The translations under genes and the position numbers were made by a program. The notes beneath the pieces were generated by a model that saw nothing but the letters and a program-made list of their open reading frames with translations, had not been told where the DNA came from and did no database searches. Below, in pieces: positions 13,971 to 27,806 of a DNA stretch of 64,000 nt (within the stretch, counting starts at the first letter, position 1; each line of letters begins with the position of its first letter). The stretch comes from Macrostomum lignano (taxonomy: Eukaryota). The stretch covers positions 620,001 through 684,000 of the forward strand of contig NIVC01000016.1 in assembly GCA_002269645.1 (NCBI GenBank), written 5' to 3'.

Positions 13971-14516
13971 ACAATACTATGATTTCTATATTGCATGCAT
14001 GAACAAATCCCTCAAGTGAATATTTCTTTCAATGAGCCATCGAGAACTATCCAACCAAGTTAAGCAGGCTGAATTCACACCTGAGCAATCACATAGGACA
14101 GCCGATATCGAGTGTACAATGGATGGTGCTCACCCAGACAAACATAGAGAATTAGGGAGGGAGCCAACGACTTAACCCAAAGGCTTCCTGCTGAGGCTTC
14201 TCAAGTGCAAACAGCTCACAGCTTCGCACGCGCTGCACTCACTCAAACAGGGCCAGCAGGGCTAAGGGCTTGCATTGTCACGAAGGACGAGAATGGAGCA
14301 AGAGCGCGGGTTGAATGACGGGGAAAGCATGACAGTGGATGGCAGACGGACTTGCTCAAGCTGGCATAAAAAAGTTTCTGCACTGTCAGTTCAGGCCGAC
14401 CGACAGGCCAAGTCCAAATGCCAACTTATCAGCTGCTCAATCTGCCTGGCAACTGAGATAACATCGGCTTTGACTGGAGCCGCCCATCAGTTTTCTTCTT
14501 TTTTGATCAACCTCAG

Positions 14517-17500
14517 GAACTGCAGGATCCGTCTTCTTCCGGTCGGACTGGGCAGCACCGGAACCTCACGGCGGCGGCGCCGGCGGGTCCGCGGTCAGCA
14601 AGGTCCGGCTCCGTCACTTCAGAGGACGCCGCCTGCGGCTACGGAGGAAGCTTCGGGAACGGCGGCGGTGGCTGGCGGGAGCGGCTGACGGCAGGCGGCA
14701 GCACCGGCAGCACCCCAGCGAGTCCGCTGCTCAGCAGCTACTCAGCTCAGAGAGGACGGGTGAGGCGGAGAGTCTGGGGAGGTGGCCGAAAAAAATTGCC
14801 ACTGAGACTTGACCACTCTTAAGAATGGGAAAAATTGAAATTTAATAGTTCACAACAGGAAGAATTTCTTCTTTGCGAGAACGTCAGAAAGTGTCAGGAC
14901 TAGGAAGTGTCAGGACTAGAAAGTGTCAGGACTGGGAAGTGTCAGGATTGGGAAGTGTCAGGATTGGGAAGTGTCAGGACTGGGAAGTGTCAGGATTGGG
15001 AAGTGTCAGGACTGGGAAGTGTCAGGATTGGGAAGTGTCAGGATTGAGAAGTGTCAGAATTGGGAAGCGTCAGGATTGGATTTGTCAGATTTATTAGGAA
15101 GTGTCAGGACGAGGAAGTGTCAGGACTAGGAAGTGTCAGGACGGGGAAGTGTCAGGACTAGGAAGTGTCAGGACGGGGAAGTGTCAGGACTAGGAAGTGT
15201 CAGGACGGGGAAGTGTCAGGACTAGGAAGTGTCAGGACGGGGAAGTGTCAGGACTAGGAAGTGTCAGGACTAGGAAGTGTCAGGACTGGGAAGTGTCAGG
15301 ACTGGGAGGTGTCAGGATTGGGAAGTGTCAGGACTGCGAAGTGTCAGAATTGGGAAGTGTCAGGATTGGAAAGTGTCAGGACTAGAAGTGTCAGGACGGG
15401 GAAGAGTCAGGACGGGGAAGTGTCAGGACTAGGAAGTGTCAGGACGGGGAAGTGTCAGGACTAGGAAGTGTCAGGACGTGGAAGTGTCAGGACTGGGAAG
15501 TGTCAGGATTAGGAAGTGTCAGGACTGGGAAGTGTCAGGACTGGAAAGTGTCAGGACTAGAAGTGTCAGGACGGGGAAGTGTCAGGACGGGGAAGTGTCA
15601 GGACTAGGAAGTGTCAGGACGGGGAAGTGTCAGGACTAGGAAGTGTCAGGACGGGGAAGGGTCAGGACTAGGAAGTGTCAGGACGGGGAAGTGTCAGGAC
15701 TAGGAAGTGTCAGGACGGGGAAGTGTCAGGACTGGGAAGGGTCAGGACTGGAAAGTGTCAGGACTAGAAGTGTCAGGACGGGGAAGGTTCAGGACGGGGA
15801 AGTGTCAGGATTGGGAAGTGTCAGGACTAGAAGTGTCAGGACGGGGAAGTGTCAGGACTAGGAAGTGTCAGGACTGGCAAGTGTCAGGACTAGGAAGTGT
15901 CAAGACTGGGAAGTGTCAGGATTGGGAAGTGTCAGAATTGGGAAGTGTCAGGACTAGGAAGTGTCAGGACGGGGAAGTGTCAGGATTGGGAAGTGTCAGG
16001 ACTAGGAAGTGTCAGGACTGGGAAGTGTCAGGACTGCGAAGTGTCAGAATTGGGAAGTGTCAGGATTGGAAAGTGTCAGGACTAGAAGTGTCAGGACTAG
16101 GAAGTGTCAGGACGGGGAAGTGTCAGGACTAGGAAGTGTCAGGACGGGGAAGTGTCAGGACTAGGAAGTGTCAGGACGGGGAAGTGTCAGGACTAGGAAG
16201 TGTCAGGACTGGGAAGTGTCAGGATTGGGAAGTGTCAGGACTGGGAAGTGTCAGGACTGGGAAGTGTCAGGACTAGAAGTGTCAGGACGGGGAAGTGTCA
16301 GGACGGGGAAGTGTCAGGACTAGGAGGTGTCAGGATTGGGAAGTGTCAGGACTAGAAGTGTCAGGACGGGAAGTGTCAGGATTGGAAAGTGTCAGGACTA
16401 GGAAGTGTCAGGACGGGGAAGAGTCAGTCAGGAAGCAACCTGGCGAACTTCAGCAAACCTGCTTATTTTATCGGTTTTTTTAATTGTGTTTAAAAATTTC
16501 GCTTCAGAGAAGAGCAAAAATTTCTGTCAAATCTGATTGCTCAAACACTGAACAGGGCCTGGCAGACGGCAGGCACTGCTACGGCGATCTGCCAATGGCA
16601 GGCAGCCTGGGCAACATGCACGAACTGCCAGACAAGGCGGCGACTGGCAAAGCCGGCGGCAAAAGCGGCCTGAGCCTGTTCGCTATTCGACGGATTAAAA
16701 GCTCGAAATCGGCTGCCAGCGGTGAGTTGGGGAGGGGGGGATCAGTGGCTGGTGGCAAATCCAAATGCGCTGAGACCAGCCATTGATTAATAAGTATATT
16801 GCGTGCTTATTGACTCTTTACTACACCGTCTCTCCAGTCGTAAATTTTTTTGTGATCTATATGTTCTTCTAATGACAGAATGAGACTTCTAGACCATGGA
16901 ATGAGACTTCTAGACCATGGAATGAGACTTCTAGACCATGGAATGAGACTTCTAGATCATAGAATGAGACTTCTAGATCATAGAATGAGACTTCTAGATC
17001 ATAGAATGAGACTTCTAGATCATAGAATCAGACTTCTAGATCATAGAATGAGACTTCTAGATCATAGAATGAGACTTCTAGATCATAGAATGAGACTTCT
17101 AGATCATAGAATCAGACTTCTAGATCATAGAATGAGACTTCTAGATCACGGAATCATGAGACTTCTAGATCACGGAATCAGACTTCTAGATCATAGAATG
17201 AGACTTCTAGATCACGGAATCATGAGAATTCTAGATCACGGAATCAGACTTCTAGATCACGGAATCAGACTTCTAGATCACGGAATCAGACTTCTAGAAC
17301 ATAGAATGAGACTTCTAGATCACGGAATCAGACTTCTAGAACATAGAATGAGACTTCTAGATCACGGAATCAGACTTCTAGATCACAAATTGGACTTCTG
17401 TCTGGCAAAAATGCTGGAAAAGTGCTTCCTAAATGCCTTGCAACAAACAAGTTGAACAACATTCGAGTAGGTTATGCTTTTATATAAAATTCACAGTCAC

Positions 17501-20500
17501 AGACTCCCTCGCGGCTCCCACCCAAGTAGGGAGAAATCGACCACCCCAGCTGCAAGCCATCCGCCATCGGCATGATTGATGGGCGGGACTCCAGTTCGAA
17601 CCCTCCTCCCTCCGTCCAGGTCCGCTGTTCCTCATCTTTCGCGATAACGTCAGGCGGGTCCAGCAGCCGGGCAAGCTGGCGGCAGTCGACTCCGTTAAAT
17701 CCCTGTTCGCCAGAGCGTTTCCACAATGGATCACGGGAATCCAGTGGTTCGCCGAGAACCCCCAGCGGCGGGTGTACATTCAGGACAAGCTTTGTCGCGA
17801 CGTCTTCTACGAGCTGGAGGATATTCGGTCAGTCTGCAAACTTTATCCATAATTTAGTGCATAACCCGAGGGTGCTGTGCGCATATCATATCTGCACATT
17901 GCTTGTCTGTCAGCTGCAAAACATGAATGCCAGACATAATTATGAAACATGACAGGCTGAAAGATCCTCAAACCGACCGTTAATCTCCTCCAGATCCCTG
18001 CCTAAACAGACTGTCAATCTCCTTCAGATCCTAAAACTGACCGTTAATCTCCTTCAGATCCCTAAACTGACCGTTAATCTCCTTCAGATCCCTAAACTGA
18101 CCGTTAATCTCCTTCAGATCCCTGAACTGACCGTTAATCTCCTTCAGATCTCTTAAAAGACCGTTAATCTCCTTCAGATCCCTAAACTGACCGTTAATCT
18201 CCTTCAGATCCCTAAACTGACCGTTAATCTCCTTCAGATCCCTAAACTGACCGTTAATCTCCTTCAGATCCCAAAGCTGACTGTCGTTCGATCCCAAAGC
18301 TTACTGTCGTTCGATCCGAAAGCCGACTGTCACTAGATCCCAAAGCTGACTGTCATTAGATCCCAAAGCTGACTGTCATTAGATCCCAAAGCTGACTGTC
18401 ATTAGATCCCAGAGCTGACTGTCATTAGATCCCAGAGCTGACTGTCATTAGATCCCAAAGCTGACTGTCACTAGATCCCAAAGCTGACTGTCATTAGATC
18501 CCAGAGCTGACTGTCATTAGATCCCAGAGCTGACTGTCATTAGATCCCAAAGCTGACTGTCACTAGATCCCAAAGCTGACTGTCACTAGATCCCAAAGCT
18601 GACTGTCATTAGATCCCAAAGCTGACTGTCATTAGATCCCAAAGCTGACTGTCATTAGATCCCAGAGCTGACTGTCATTAGATCCCAAAGCTGACTGTCA
18701 TTAGATCCCAAAGCTGACTGTCATTAGATCCCAAAGCTGACTGTCATTAGATCCCAAAGCTGACTGTCATTAGATCCCAGAGCTGACCGTCTATAAACAA
18801 CCCTGTGCTTTCAGAGACATTCGACCCAACTGCCTGCTGAAAATTTTGGAGCCACCTCAGCAGGATTTCGACTGCTCAAGAAGCTACGACTCAGCCGGTT
18901 TCGTGGCCATGTCTGAGCTTCCCGACCCGAGATTCCAGTTGCGCCATCCTGCACCCGTGTGCACCTGCACTTGTCCACCGCCGCCGCCTCCATCGCCGCC
19001 GCCACCTCCGCCGGCGCAGCCACAGGCAATGATGACAGCCAGTGCGATGAGTAAGAGATCAGCTGATTTATTTAGATCTAGTAGAATAGAGATCTAGTAT
19101 CCGATCTTGGGGATTATACATCTAGAAGTTTAATCTTGGGGATTATAGATTTAATAGATATTAAGAGGATTATAGATCTAGAGGATCATAGATTTAGGGG
19201 ATTATAGATCAAGAGGATCATAGATCTAGAGGATCATAGATTTAGGGGATTATAGATCAAGAGGATCATAGATCTAGAGGATCATAGATTTAGGGGATTA
19301 TAGATCAAGAGGATCATAGATCTAGAGGATCATAGATTTAGGGGATCACAGATCTGGGGGGTCATAGATCTAGGGGATCATGGATATAGAGGATCATAAG
19401 TCTAGGGGATCATAGATCTAGGGAATCATAGATCTAGGGGATCGTAGATCTAGGGGATCGTAGATCTAGAGGATCATAGATCTAGAGGATCATAGATCTA
19501 GAGGATTATAGATCTAGAGGATCATAGATCTAAGGGGATCATAGATCTAGGGGATGACAGATCTAGGGGATCGTAGATCTAGGGGATCATAGATCTAGGG
19601 GATCATAGATCTAGGGGATCATAGATCTAGAGGATTATAGATCTAGAGGGTTATAAGTCTAGGGGATCGTAGATCTAGGGGATAATAGATCCTATTCATA
19701 CAATGCCAAAGTGCAGAAGAGCTAACAGAACCCCGCGGTACCAACAGGGGAAGTGCTCAGACTGGGACAGGGGATCAGGGTGCAGTTTCCAAATCGAGTC
19801 AAGGACTGGCAATGATCAGTCTGGCTGATTAAATTCCCAATCCCTACAGAGCAGCGCGGCTCGGGGATAGTAAAATCCCTAACGCGCCGGCTCTCGTAGC
19901 GGTGATGGGGCGCGAATCTTCGAATCCCCTCAGTTGTAATCCCCACGGCGTTGCGCGGTTGGGGCGCCTCAGGCATCCCTTATACGCAGCGGCGGTGGCT
20001 GCGTAGAAGACAGGGGAAAAATTGCCGAACAACACAGAGGCCGAGCAGCCACTGCGGGGATTCCCCCCCCTCACTGCGTCCTCCGCTGTCCTGCGGCCTG
20101 ACTAATAATGGGATTTGACCGGGGGCCTCTGAAGAGGCAGGGGATTTAGCAGCGGCGCAGGGCAGCTGACGCAAAAGTTTCACAAGCAAGACAGACGACG
20201 AGGGGGGGGGCAAGAAAAATCTTGTGTTGGAATAAAAACCGCCTTCTCGGCTTGCCAAAGCAGGCAGGGAGGGGAATTCCCTCTCAGTCCCGACAAGGGC
20301 AGATAGACAGGGGAATTCCCTCTCAGTCCCGACAAGAGCAGATAGACAGGGGAATTCCCTCTCAGTCCCGACAAGGGCAGATAGACAGGGTAATTCCCTC
20401 TCAGTCCCGACAAGGGCAGATAGACAGGGTAATTCCCTCTCAGTCCCGACAAGAGCAGATAGACAGGGGAATTCCCTCTCAGTCCCGACAAGAGCAGATA

Positions 20501-23500
20501 GACAAAGGAATTCCCTCTCAGTCCCGGCAAGAGCAGATGGACAGGGGAATTCCCTCTTAGTCCCGACAAGAGCAGATAGACAGGGGAATTCCCTCTTAGT
20601 CCCGGCAAGAGCAGATAGACAAGGGAATTCCCTCTCAGTCCCGACAAGAGCAGATAGACAGGGGAATTCCCTCTCAGTCCCGACAAGAGCAGATAGACAG
20701 GGGAATTCCCTCTTAGTCCCGACAAGAGCAGATAGACAGGGGAATTCCCTCTTAGTCCCGACAAGAGCAGATAGACAGGGGAATTCCCTCTTAGTCCCGG
20801 CAAGAGCAGATAGACAGGGGAATTCCCTCTTAGTCCCGACAAGAGCAGATAGACAGGGGAATTCCCTCTCAGTCCCGACAAGGGCAGATAGACAGGGGAA
20901 TTCCCTCTCAGTCCCGACAAGGGCAGATAGACAGGGGAATTCCCTCTTAGTCCCGACAAGAGCAGATAGACAGGGGAATTCCCTCTTAGTCCCGGCAAGA
21001 GCAGATAGACAGGGGAATTCCCTCTCAGTCCCGACAAGAGCAGATAGACAAAGGAATTCCCTCTCAGTCCCGGCAAGAGCAGATGGACAGGGGAATTCCC
21101 TCTCAGTCCCGACAAGGGCAGATCGTCAGAGAGGCGAATTCCGTCTCCGTCCCGGCAAGACCAGACCGTCCAGGGTGAGAATAAGAGGTCGCAGGATTTG
21201 CTCGGGCCCGAGCGGGGAATGGAAAAAGATTTATTTTTACACTAAATTAGTCACAGCACACGAGAAAGCTAAGATGCCAACAACTGTGAGGGGGGGGAGA
21301 AGTGTCCAAGACTTGTTGAGTAGCCAGTGCGGCCTGCTTGTCTGTCTTCTTCCTCTCTTGCCGGGAAATGAAGAAGGCGCGCAGCAGACAGCGCTCGGAA
21401 CGGAGATTTGCTCTGAGTGATGCGTGAGTGAGTGAGCGAGCGAGCTGACAGCAACGCGAGAGGAGCTAACAGCGACAATCGATCCAGCGGCAGAGGAACC
21501 GGAATCCTGGATTGCTGCTCACCTTCACTACTCTGGAGCATGGATAGCTCTAGCAGTGCAAATAAGCCAGTGCAAATAATCGATAATTTAGCGCTTGAAT
21601 GACGCTCACTACAAACCGTGTTTAACTCTCTTTATTATTCTCTTCTCTGCAGCCGCCCGAGTCGAGGCAACGCCGGCGGGGCACCGACATCAGCTGCCGC
21701 CGCCGCCGCCGCCGCAACGGCACTCACAGGGCCCGTCGCCTGTGTCTTCAGCCGGCTGGACAATGGCGCAGCCTCAGCAACCAGCTGTTCAAAGCGGCGG
21801 CTGCCACGCGCCAAGCGAGAGCAGTCTGGACAGCGCATTTTCTACCAAGAGCGGTGAGGCGAAAACTACTCGACGTGAGTAGTGCGAGCGCGCATTGCGT
21901 GCCGAAAAAGATTAAATAGAAGCAAGAAGAATAGTTGCGCGTGGAGTTGCGCGCTTCTGTAAGAACAATGCCAACAAGAATCATGCCATCGAAATTCAGA
22001 AACTAAAGCCCATATTCACCCACACTGCATTATTAGCCTCCTCAGCTGCCGCCAGCACGGAGACCGCGGTGCCGTACCAGCCGCCGCAAAACGCTGGCCT
22101 CATCTGCGGCCTGCGAGCCCTGCAGCAGGCGGTGGCGCGCAGTCGCCAGACTGTCGACGCCGGCGTTGGAGAAGCACGCGACAGCGCCGCCCGATTAGGT
22201 GCTGAATTTGCCGCCTTTCGGGTCGACATCGAGGTAAGCAGCTTTTTTTACGCCGCCTTGCCCGCGAAAGCCAACCAGAATCCGACAATCCACCTTAACC
22301 CATGCGCGCAGCCAATCAGCACTGCCGCCCAACTCTCTCCCTTAATTTTTCTTACCCCACGGAAAACCCAGCTAATCAGCGATGCCCTTCACAAACGCTC
22401 ACCCTATTTCATTCCTTAACCCCCGTATTTCTACCCCACGGAAAAGCTCTCAGCCAATCAGCGATGCCACAGAGACCCTAACGGCCTGGTTAGCACGTGA
22501 TCCTATTCTGCGACCCCCTACCAACCACAGAAGCGCATCAACGATCTCGCTAATGGAAAATTTGTCGAGTCGCTAAGCGACGATGATGGTCTATCGGAAG
22601 CCTACAAGGAGTTCACTGAGCAGCAGAAGGAGATCAGTGCCCTCCTCGCCAACTTGGAGGCCGGACTATTGTCCGGTGAGAGGGGACCGACCGACTCCAA
22701 GGAATTCATCGAGAGCGTCTCGGCCAGGCTGAAGATCGTACAGAACATGCTGGCCAGCCACGAGTCGCTGATGCACTCGGAGATCGAGCTGGCCGTTGAG
22801 GAGAGACTCGAGCAGCGGCGGGCGCAGATTGACAGCTACGCCAGGCTGCGGGACTCGGCGCGCCAGGCGCTGGAGGACGCGAAAAGGCGCAGTAACTGCC
22901 TGGAGGTTGCTATGGAGACGGTTAAGCGGTGAGAATTGATACTGACAGGATGTACTGTAAATTCTCACCGCCCCTCGGGCCACTAAGAACTGTTCCACCC
23001 TATGCTAAATCCTTGCAGCCAATCAGCAATGTCCCTCTTGCCGACACCCCACTCATCCTAAATCCTATCAGCCCATCAGCGATGTCCCACTTGCAGACAC
23101 TCCCACCCATGCTAAATCCTTGCAGCCAATCAGCGATGTCCCTCAATTTTATCAGTAGAGCTAACATTCCTACACATTTGCTCCAAATTTCCAGTGCTAC
23201 CTGCACAGAAGCAATGCTGCAGGAAACTAGCCAGCAGCAGCAGCAGCCGCAACAAAACCAGAAGGAAAAGTCGCCTCAACCAAAACCATTGGAGCCAAAG
23301 TCAAACAATTTGCAGGCTATGGTAAGCAAGCAACCAGCTAATTTAGTACGCAGTCGGTATAGACTCGATTCAGTCCAGTAACTTAACCCTCCTTTTCAAT
23401 CCCAGGAGCCCGCCGGTAGCACCAACCGGCCAGTCCAGCACCAGCCGCAGCACCAGTTGGGCTCCAGAGTAGACCAGCTCAAGGCGGATTCTAACGGCGG

Positions 23501-23900
23501 CAATTTACCGTCGAGGGCTCGACATTCTTCCGCAGATGCAATCGCCACGGCTGTATCCCCAGAACCCGGTCATCAGCAGCTGCAGCAGCAGCACGCCATG
23601 TTTCACCAGCTGCACCAGCAACATCAGCGCCGATTGAAATCCTCCTCCTGCGAAAGGTCGCCCAGTCACAAGGTGGTCTTCAGCGATCTGGTGAAGGTCG
23701 AAGACGGATCCGAGACGTTGAAGCTTAACTGTCGACTTAACGACGAGACGGACGAGATCAAGTACAGGGGAGTGGATTTTCAGCAACAGCAGCAGACAGC
23801 TGGAGAGACAAACTCTGATTCGATGGTCGTCTGGGAGCGACAGAATCCATTTAACACGCCCCTGCTGCAGCCAGGTGCATCAGCCAATCGAGATAACTGA
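14517..23900 (+). CDS. AIP3/Bud6-domain coiled-coil protein of the SRCIN1 (p140Cap)/KIAA1217 (sickle tail) family; 5' end not resolved
   Basis: Nine exons, all GT-AG and phase-compatible: 14517-14759, 16556-16721, 17620-17827, 18815-19050, 21653-21853, 22037-22233, 22531-22928, 23195-23321, 23406-23900 (TGA). Exons 3-4 encode GPLFLIFRDNVRRVQQPGKLAAVDSVKSLFARAFPQ...VYIQDKLCRDVFYELEDIRDIRPNCLLKIL. From memory this matches the family's conserved block (LFLQFGEETRRV...LHALIAHMFPQ...IKDEARNVFYELEDVRDIQDRSIIKI). It is followed by Pro-rich and coiled-coil regions. Confidence 0.85.
14888..16425. repeat. Intronic minisatellite, 16-bp unit GTCAGGAC(T/G)(A/G)GGAAGT; same family as 1305-2310
   Basis: Direct reading; shares the AAGTGTCAGGA core. 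Confidence 0.95.
16877..17390. repeat. Intronic minisatellite, 21-bp unit GAATGAGACTTCTAGATCATA
   Basis: Direct reading. Confidence 0.95.
17965..18290. repeat. Intronic minisatellite, 30-bp unit CTGACCGTTAATCTCCTTCAGATCCCTAAA
   Basis: Direct reading. Confidence 0.95.
18290..18790. repeat. Intronic minisatellite, 23-bp unit GCTGACTGTCATTAGATCCCAAA
   Basis: Direct reading; period 23 (18361 to 18384). Confidence 0.95.
19075..19690. repeat. Intronic minisatellite, 16-bp unit AGATCTAGGGGATCAT
   Basis: Direct reading; period 16 (19561 to 19577). Confidence 0.93.
20270..21150. repeat. Intronic minisatellite, 39-bp unit GGGGAATTCCCTCTCAGTCCCGACAAGAGCAGATAGACA
   Basis: Direct reading; gives the 13-aa period in ORF 20180..21115. 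Confidence 0.95.
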
Positions 23901-26132
23901 TTTACAATTCGTCTAACAAGTACAGTGTAGGAATTCCTAAACGGCATAAAAAATTTCTTTGCAATATTGAGACCGCATAGTTCTCAATTCGGTCTCTTGT
24001 ACAGCTCGCTTTTAAAACTTACTTCGCTATGCCCGACTACAAGTGAAAATCAAATTTTCTTACTTTGATTCGGAACTGACATTCAGCTTTCTACACATAG
24101 AGCGCCAATTCGTATTGCATAGTCTAGGAAATGACGAAGCGATAATTACCTCCTTATTAATTAATTGTTATTGTTGATCGTATCTTTAAAATACAAGCAT
24201 GACGCAATACTAAGATTGTCAATATGAGCACAGTTAAATGATGAACAGTACTTGCTAGTGTTTCCCATTGAATTTGCAAATGAACACAGCTAAAGTGATA
24301 AAACACTGCTTGAGATAGCGACGATCTTGATTGGGTCTCGAATGGTGATGCTTGAGGCAGTGAGTAAGGATGATGCACGGGAGTGATGAGTCACGCTTGA
24401 GAAAGTGAACGACGATGATCGAGACAGTGAGTGACAATGATTGGTTGATGATGAACACAGTTAATGCAGATTTTTTCTACACGCAAGTCAGATCCAGGAA
24501 ATTACTCGAGTCCATGAAGAGAATTTCCTACTTTAAGATGGACGAAATTTTCCATCGAAGATTGCTGCTTTAAACATCATTTAAGAGCTAGGAAGGAAAT
24601 CCCAATAAAGGTAGCCAATTTTCATTCGTAAGAACTTTTGCTAACACTGCCTGCCGCCAATCAAGGCAGCGCACGGATGATGCTGAGGCGATGGGCCAAG
24701 GCCAACGAACAGGAAGTAAATCGAATTTGGTTGAGCAGTAGTGCTTTGATTTTTCATCTCATTTCCTTGCACTTCCAGTCAACCAGGAATGACTTAGGAA
24801 GTGGACATGCGGGATATTTATGGATGACGATGGCCATTCAGTTCATTCCTTCTAACAAATCCATGATTGTAGACTGAAGCCACAATAAATTGTCTAGTGG
24901 GAAGTGACTTTTGAATATTGAGTTGCTTGTCCTGCTCCAGGGAAAGACTTCAGATCAAGCATGATAGACTGCGCTTAACTTTCAGAGATTTAGGACTGGA
25001 AAATGTGTAAAGAGAATCTTATTTTTCTTCGTGTTGAAATTTAGACACAGACCTTGGTTTCTGATTAGCCAGCCTTCAATGATCGGGTTGCTTTCACAAG
25101 CTAGAGGCTTGTTTTGCTGATTAATTTGAAGGAGACGATATCGAATTTTTATCGATATTTTGTAGTCGACGGCTTGCAGTTTTGAGCTTATGAAATGAAC
25201 GCTCACGCCCTCGAGTGCATTGCTGGTTTCCAGCCAGAGTATTGCAATCTTAGAAGCGGCAAGGAGACAAGTACGTACGCTGTTTTATTACCTCCCAGCT
25301 AGAAAGCGACCCTGCTGCAGAATCTGAATTCAAAGCTTCCAACAGAAGATTAAAATTGGAAACACGAAACTTTGGAGACTAACTGCATTAAATCGCCTTC
25401 CTCATTCCTTCCTTCTCTTTTCCGTCAGGTATTGGCACTGGAAACCTTCGATCAAATATCGAATTTCTAATTCGATTCGATGCCAATTGGACGAAATGAT
25501 GAGGGCGGTTGCCTTGATGTGGGACTCTGGAAGCTGGATTAGCTCACTCTATCTTTGCTGAATCAAAACAAAATAACAAAGTCTTTGAAACAATCCCAGC
25601 GCGTATTTTTTATCCAAGCCAAGAAACAGATGCGCTGTTCACAATTCAGTCAGTCAGTCTTTCTTTCAAATTTGTTATTCGTTTCTCCATCAAATTGGGC
25701 AAGTGCAGACAGTGCTAGACACAATATACCCGATGAAATGAAAAAACACAACAGATTGCGGTGCAAAATCGGCGACAACCCACGCTGTTGCGATAATGCA
25801 CTTTACAAAAAAACGCGCAAGTGTCGCGAGATCGGCGGGAGAGTTGCCTTTTTCCATAAATATTTTACCCAGGGAAACCACTAAGGAATGACGCGAGCGC
25901 AAAACACAATCCACCCAATAAAACTTAAGTCTGAGACAATTCAGCGAAGAAGTCGAAGAGGAAGAGGAATAAGAACGAATACTATAATTATATTTAACTT
26001 AACGCAATAACGCCCGACAAAGGTTTAAACCCACGATTCTCTCAGTCTCCCGCCCTCTCATGACACAAACTGATTTGGGGTGTGCAAGTATCTAGCATTT
26101 AGTTCGATCGATCGAAGCATTCTAAATCTCAA

Positions 26133-27074
26133 TCAGACCATGCGTCGCAGCATGCGGTTAATGTAGAACTCCCGGTTGCCGAAGTCGCCGCCCTCCACGA
26201 AGTGGTTCGCCTTCTTGCGGAAACCGCCGCGCGGCGTCTTGAGCTTGAAGGCCCACAGGAAGTTGGTGACGGCCTTGAATCGGGGGCCGCAGGTGTAAAT
26301 CTGGTGGATCATGTCCTCGATACACGTCACACCCTTGCGGCCGAGCGCCTTCTCAACGATCTTGTTGTCAGTCAGGGGAACTCGCTGGCCGTTGACGCGC
26401 CCAAAGCCGCGCTTGTAGAGCAGGGACCGGACAGACTTGAGGTCCGGGTAGCCCCACATGATGTAGGGCTCGATGATGCGCAGCATGTTGATCTGGCAAT
26501 GGCAAGAATAGAAATTTGCCTATTCTATTTACAAGGCTACTTATAGTAGAACAGGCCAATTATAAATCAAATCAGTCAAATATATTAGCGTCTCAAATAA
26601 CAAATCTGGCGCTTCAATAAAAATCTACACTAAAATACTACTTACGGTAGCTTTGTTGAGCTTCAAAAACACGCCGTTGTTGATCTGGCGCATCCGGAAT
26701 AACTGTAATATCTTGCGCGGCTTCGGGTGCAGACCGTTAATACCGCGGATTCGCACAACGAAGGCCACCTTGGCTTCGGCTGGCACGTAGAAATTGCTGT
26801 GCTTCTTGGCCTGCCTGGCCTTCTGCAGCTCCGACTTGGCCATGCTCTCGTACTGCAGCTGGTATTTCTCTGCCTTCTTAAACACCGCCATGCGCTTCTG
26901 GCGCTCCTTACGACGGCGCAGGACGCTCAGTCTGAGCCGCTTGGCCCGCGCTTCGATGGCGGCCTTCTTGCCCTTCAGCGCGGTTTCGGGCACGGCTGGC
27001 ACTCGCTTGGCCTTGGTGGCCGAGTCTCCCTTCTTGGCAGGCTTCTTAACCGCCGCCTTTTTCTCTGTCGGCAT
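26133..27074 (-). CDS. RPL7: 60S ribosomal protein L7 (uL30), 262 aa, 2 coding exons (27074-26646, 26492-26133)
   Basis: Hallmark motifs [59 protein letters not shown]|[16 protein letters not shown] and [11 protein letters not shown]; 153-nt GTAAG...CCAG phase-0 intron. Confidence 0.98.
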
Positions 27075-27806
27075 CTTCACACGGCATGCATGAGATAATA
27101 TCGAGCTTCTCAAACATTTTACTCTAAGATTTTGCAAACCTGGCTGCTTCCCGATGAAAGCGATCGCTAGGCCAAAAAGCGTCCCAGAGGTACTTGAGTC
27201 GCCCCCAGATTTGTTGCAAGCGACACAGGTAAAATAGACAAAAAGTGACTCTAGACGACTCAAAAACGACTCCAGAGACGCTGCAGAATCATTGAGCTGC
27301 GTCTAAAGCGCATCTGCGTAACTTAACGAGTTGTTTGCAACTTGACTCTTCAGCGATTCTTGTCAAGGTAACGTTTTCAACGGGCCTCTGGGGCGAGTCG
27401 GGAGGTTAACTGCTAAGCCACCCTGTCCTACTGCCTACTTTCCAAAATACAAACTCAATTCACTAAATTCAAGCTAGCCTTCTAAAAAACTATTGAAAAC
27501 TGAAATAAAGAAGTCAAATATAGTGGCAAACTGGAGTGAGAAAAGAATGATAGTTACAATGATAGTTGCTTTGTACTTAGATAATTACAAAGCAACAGGT
27601 GAACAAAACGGTACAATAAGCATAAATAGTAAGTAAATCGGCAATTCACTGATCAAACTCGCGCCTAGTTCTTTCAAGTCACTTAGAAAAATGTTTTATG
27701 TTATGTAAGTCCGGTTTTTTAAGCGCAAAATGCATTTTAATTAGCTAGCTTTGCAACAAATAGCCAATAAAAACCAAATTTGAATTTGAAAACAGTATAT
27801 TATAGC

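Noticed and set aside
19700-20265. Unique GC-rich island in intron 4 of the SRCIN1-like gene as an extra exon
   Set aside because: The candidate acceptors hit stops in the required phase; its AATCCC/GGGATT motifs suggest a repeat remnant.
20270-21150. CRISPR-like look: 39-bp unit with the palindrome GGGAATTCCC
   Set aside because: Head-to-tail repeats with no unique spacers, no cas genes, and a eukaryotic intron context.
24000-26100. Short ORFs and splice-like signals between the SRCIN1-like gene and RPL7
   Set aside because: Every frame is interrupted within about 50-70 codons; no recognisable motif.
26493-26645. Possible intronic snoRNA in RPL7
   Set aside because: No clear C box (RTGATGA) with terminal stem and no H/ACA layout; only a 7-bp hairpin.
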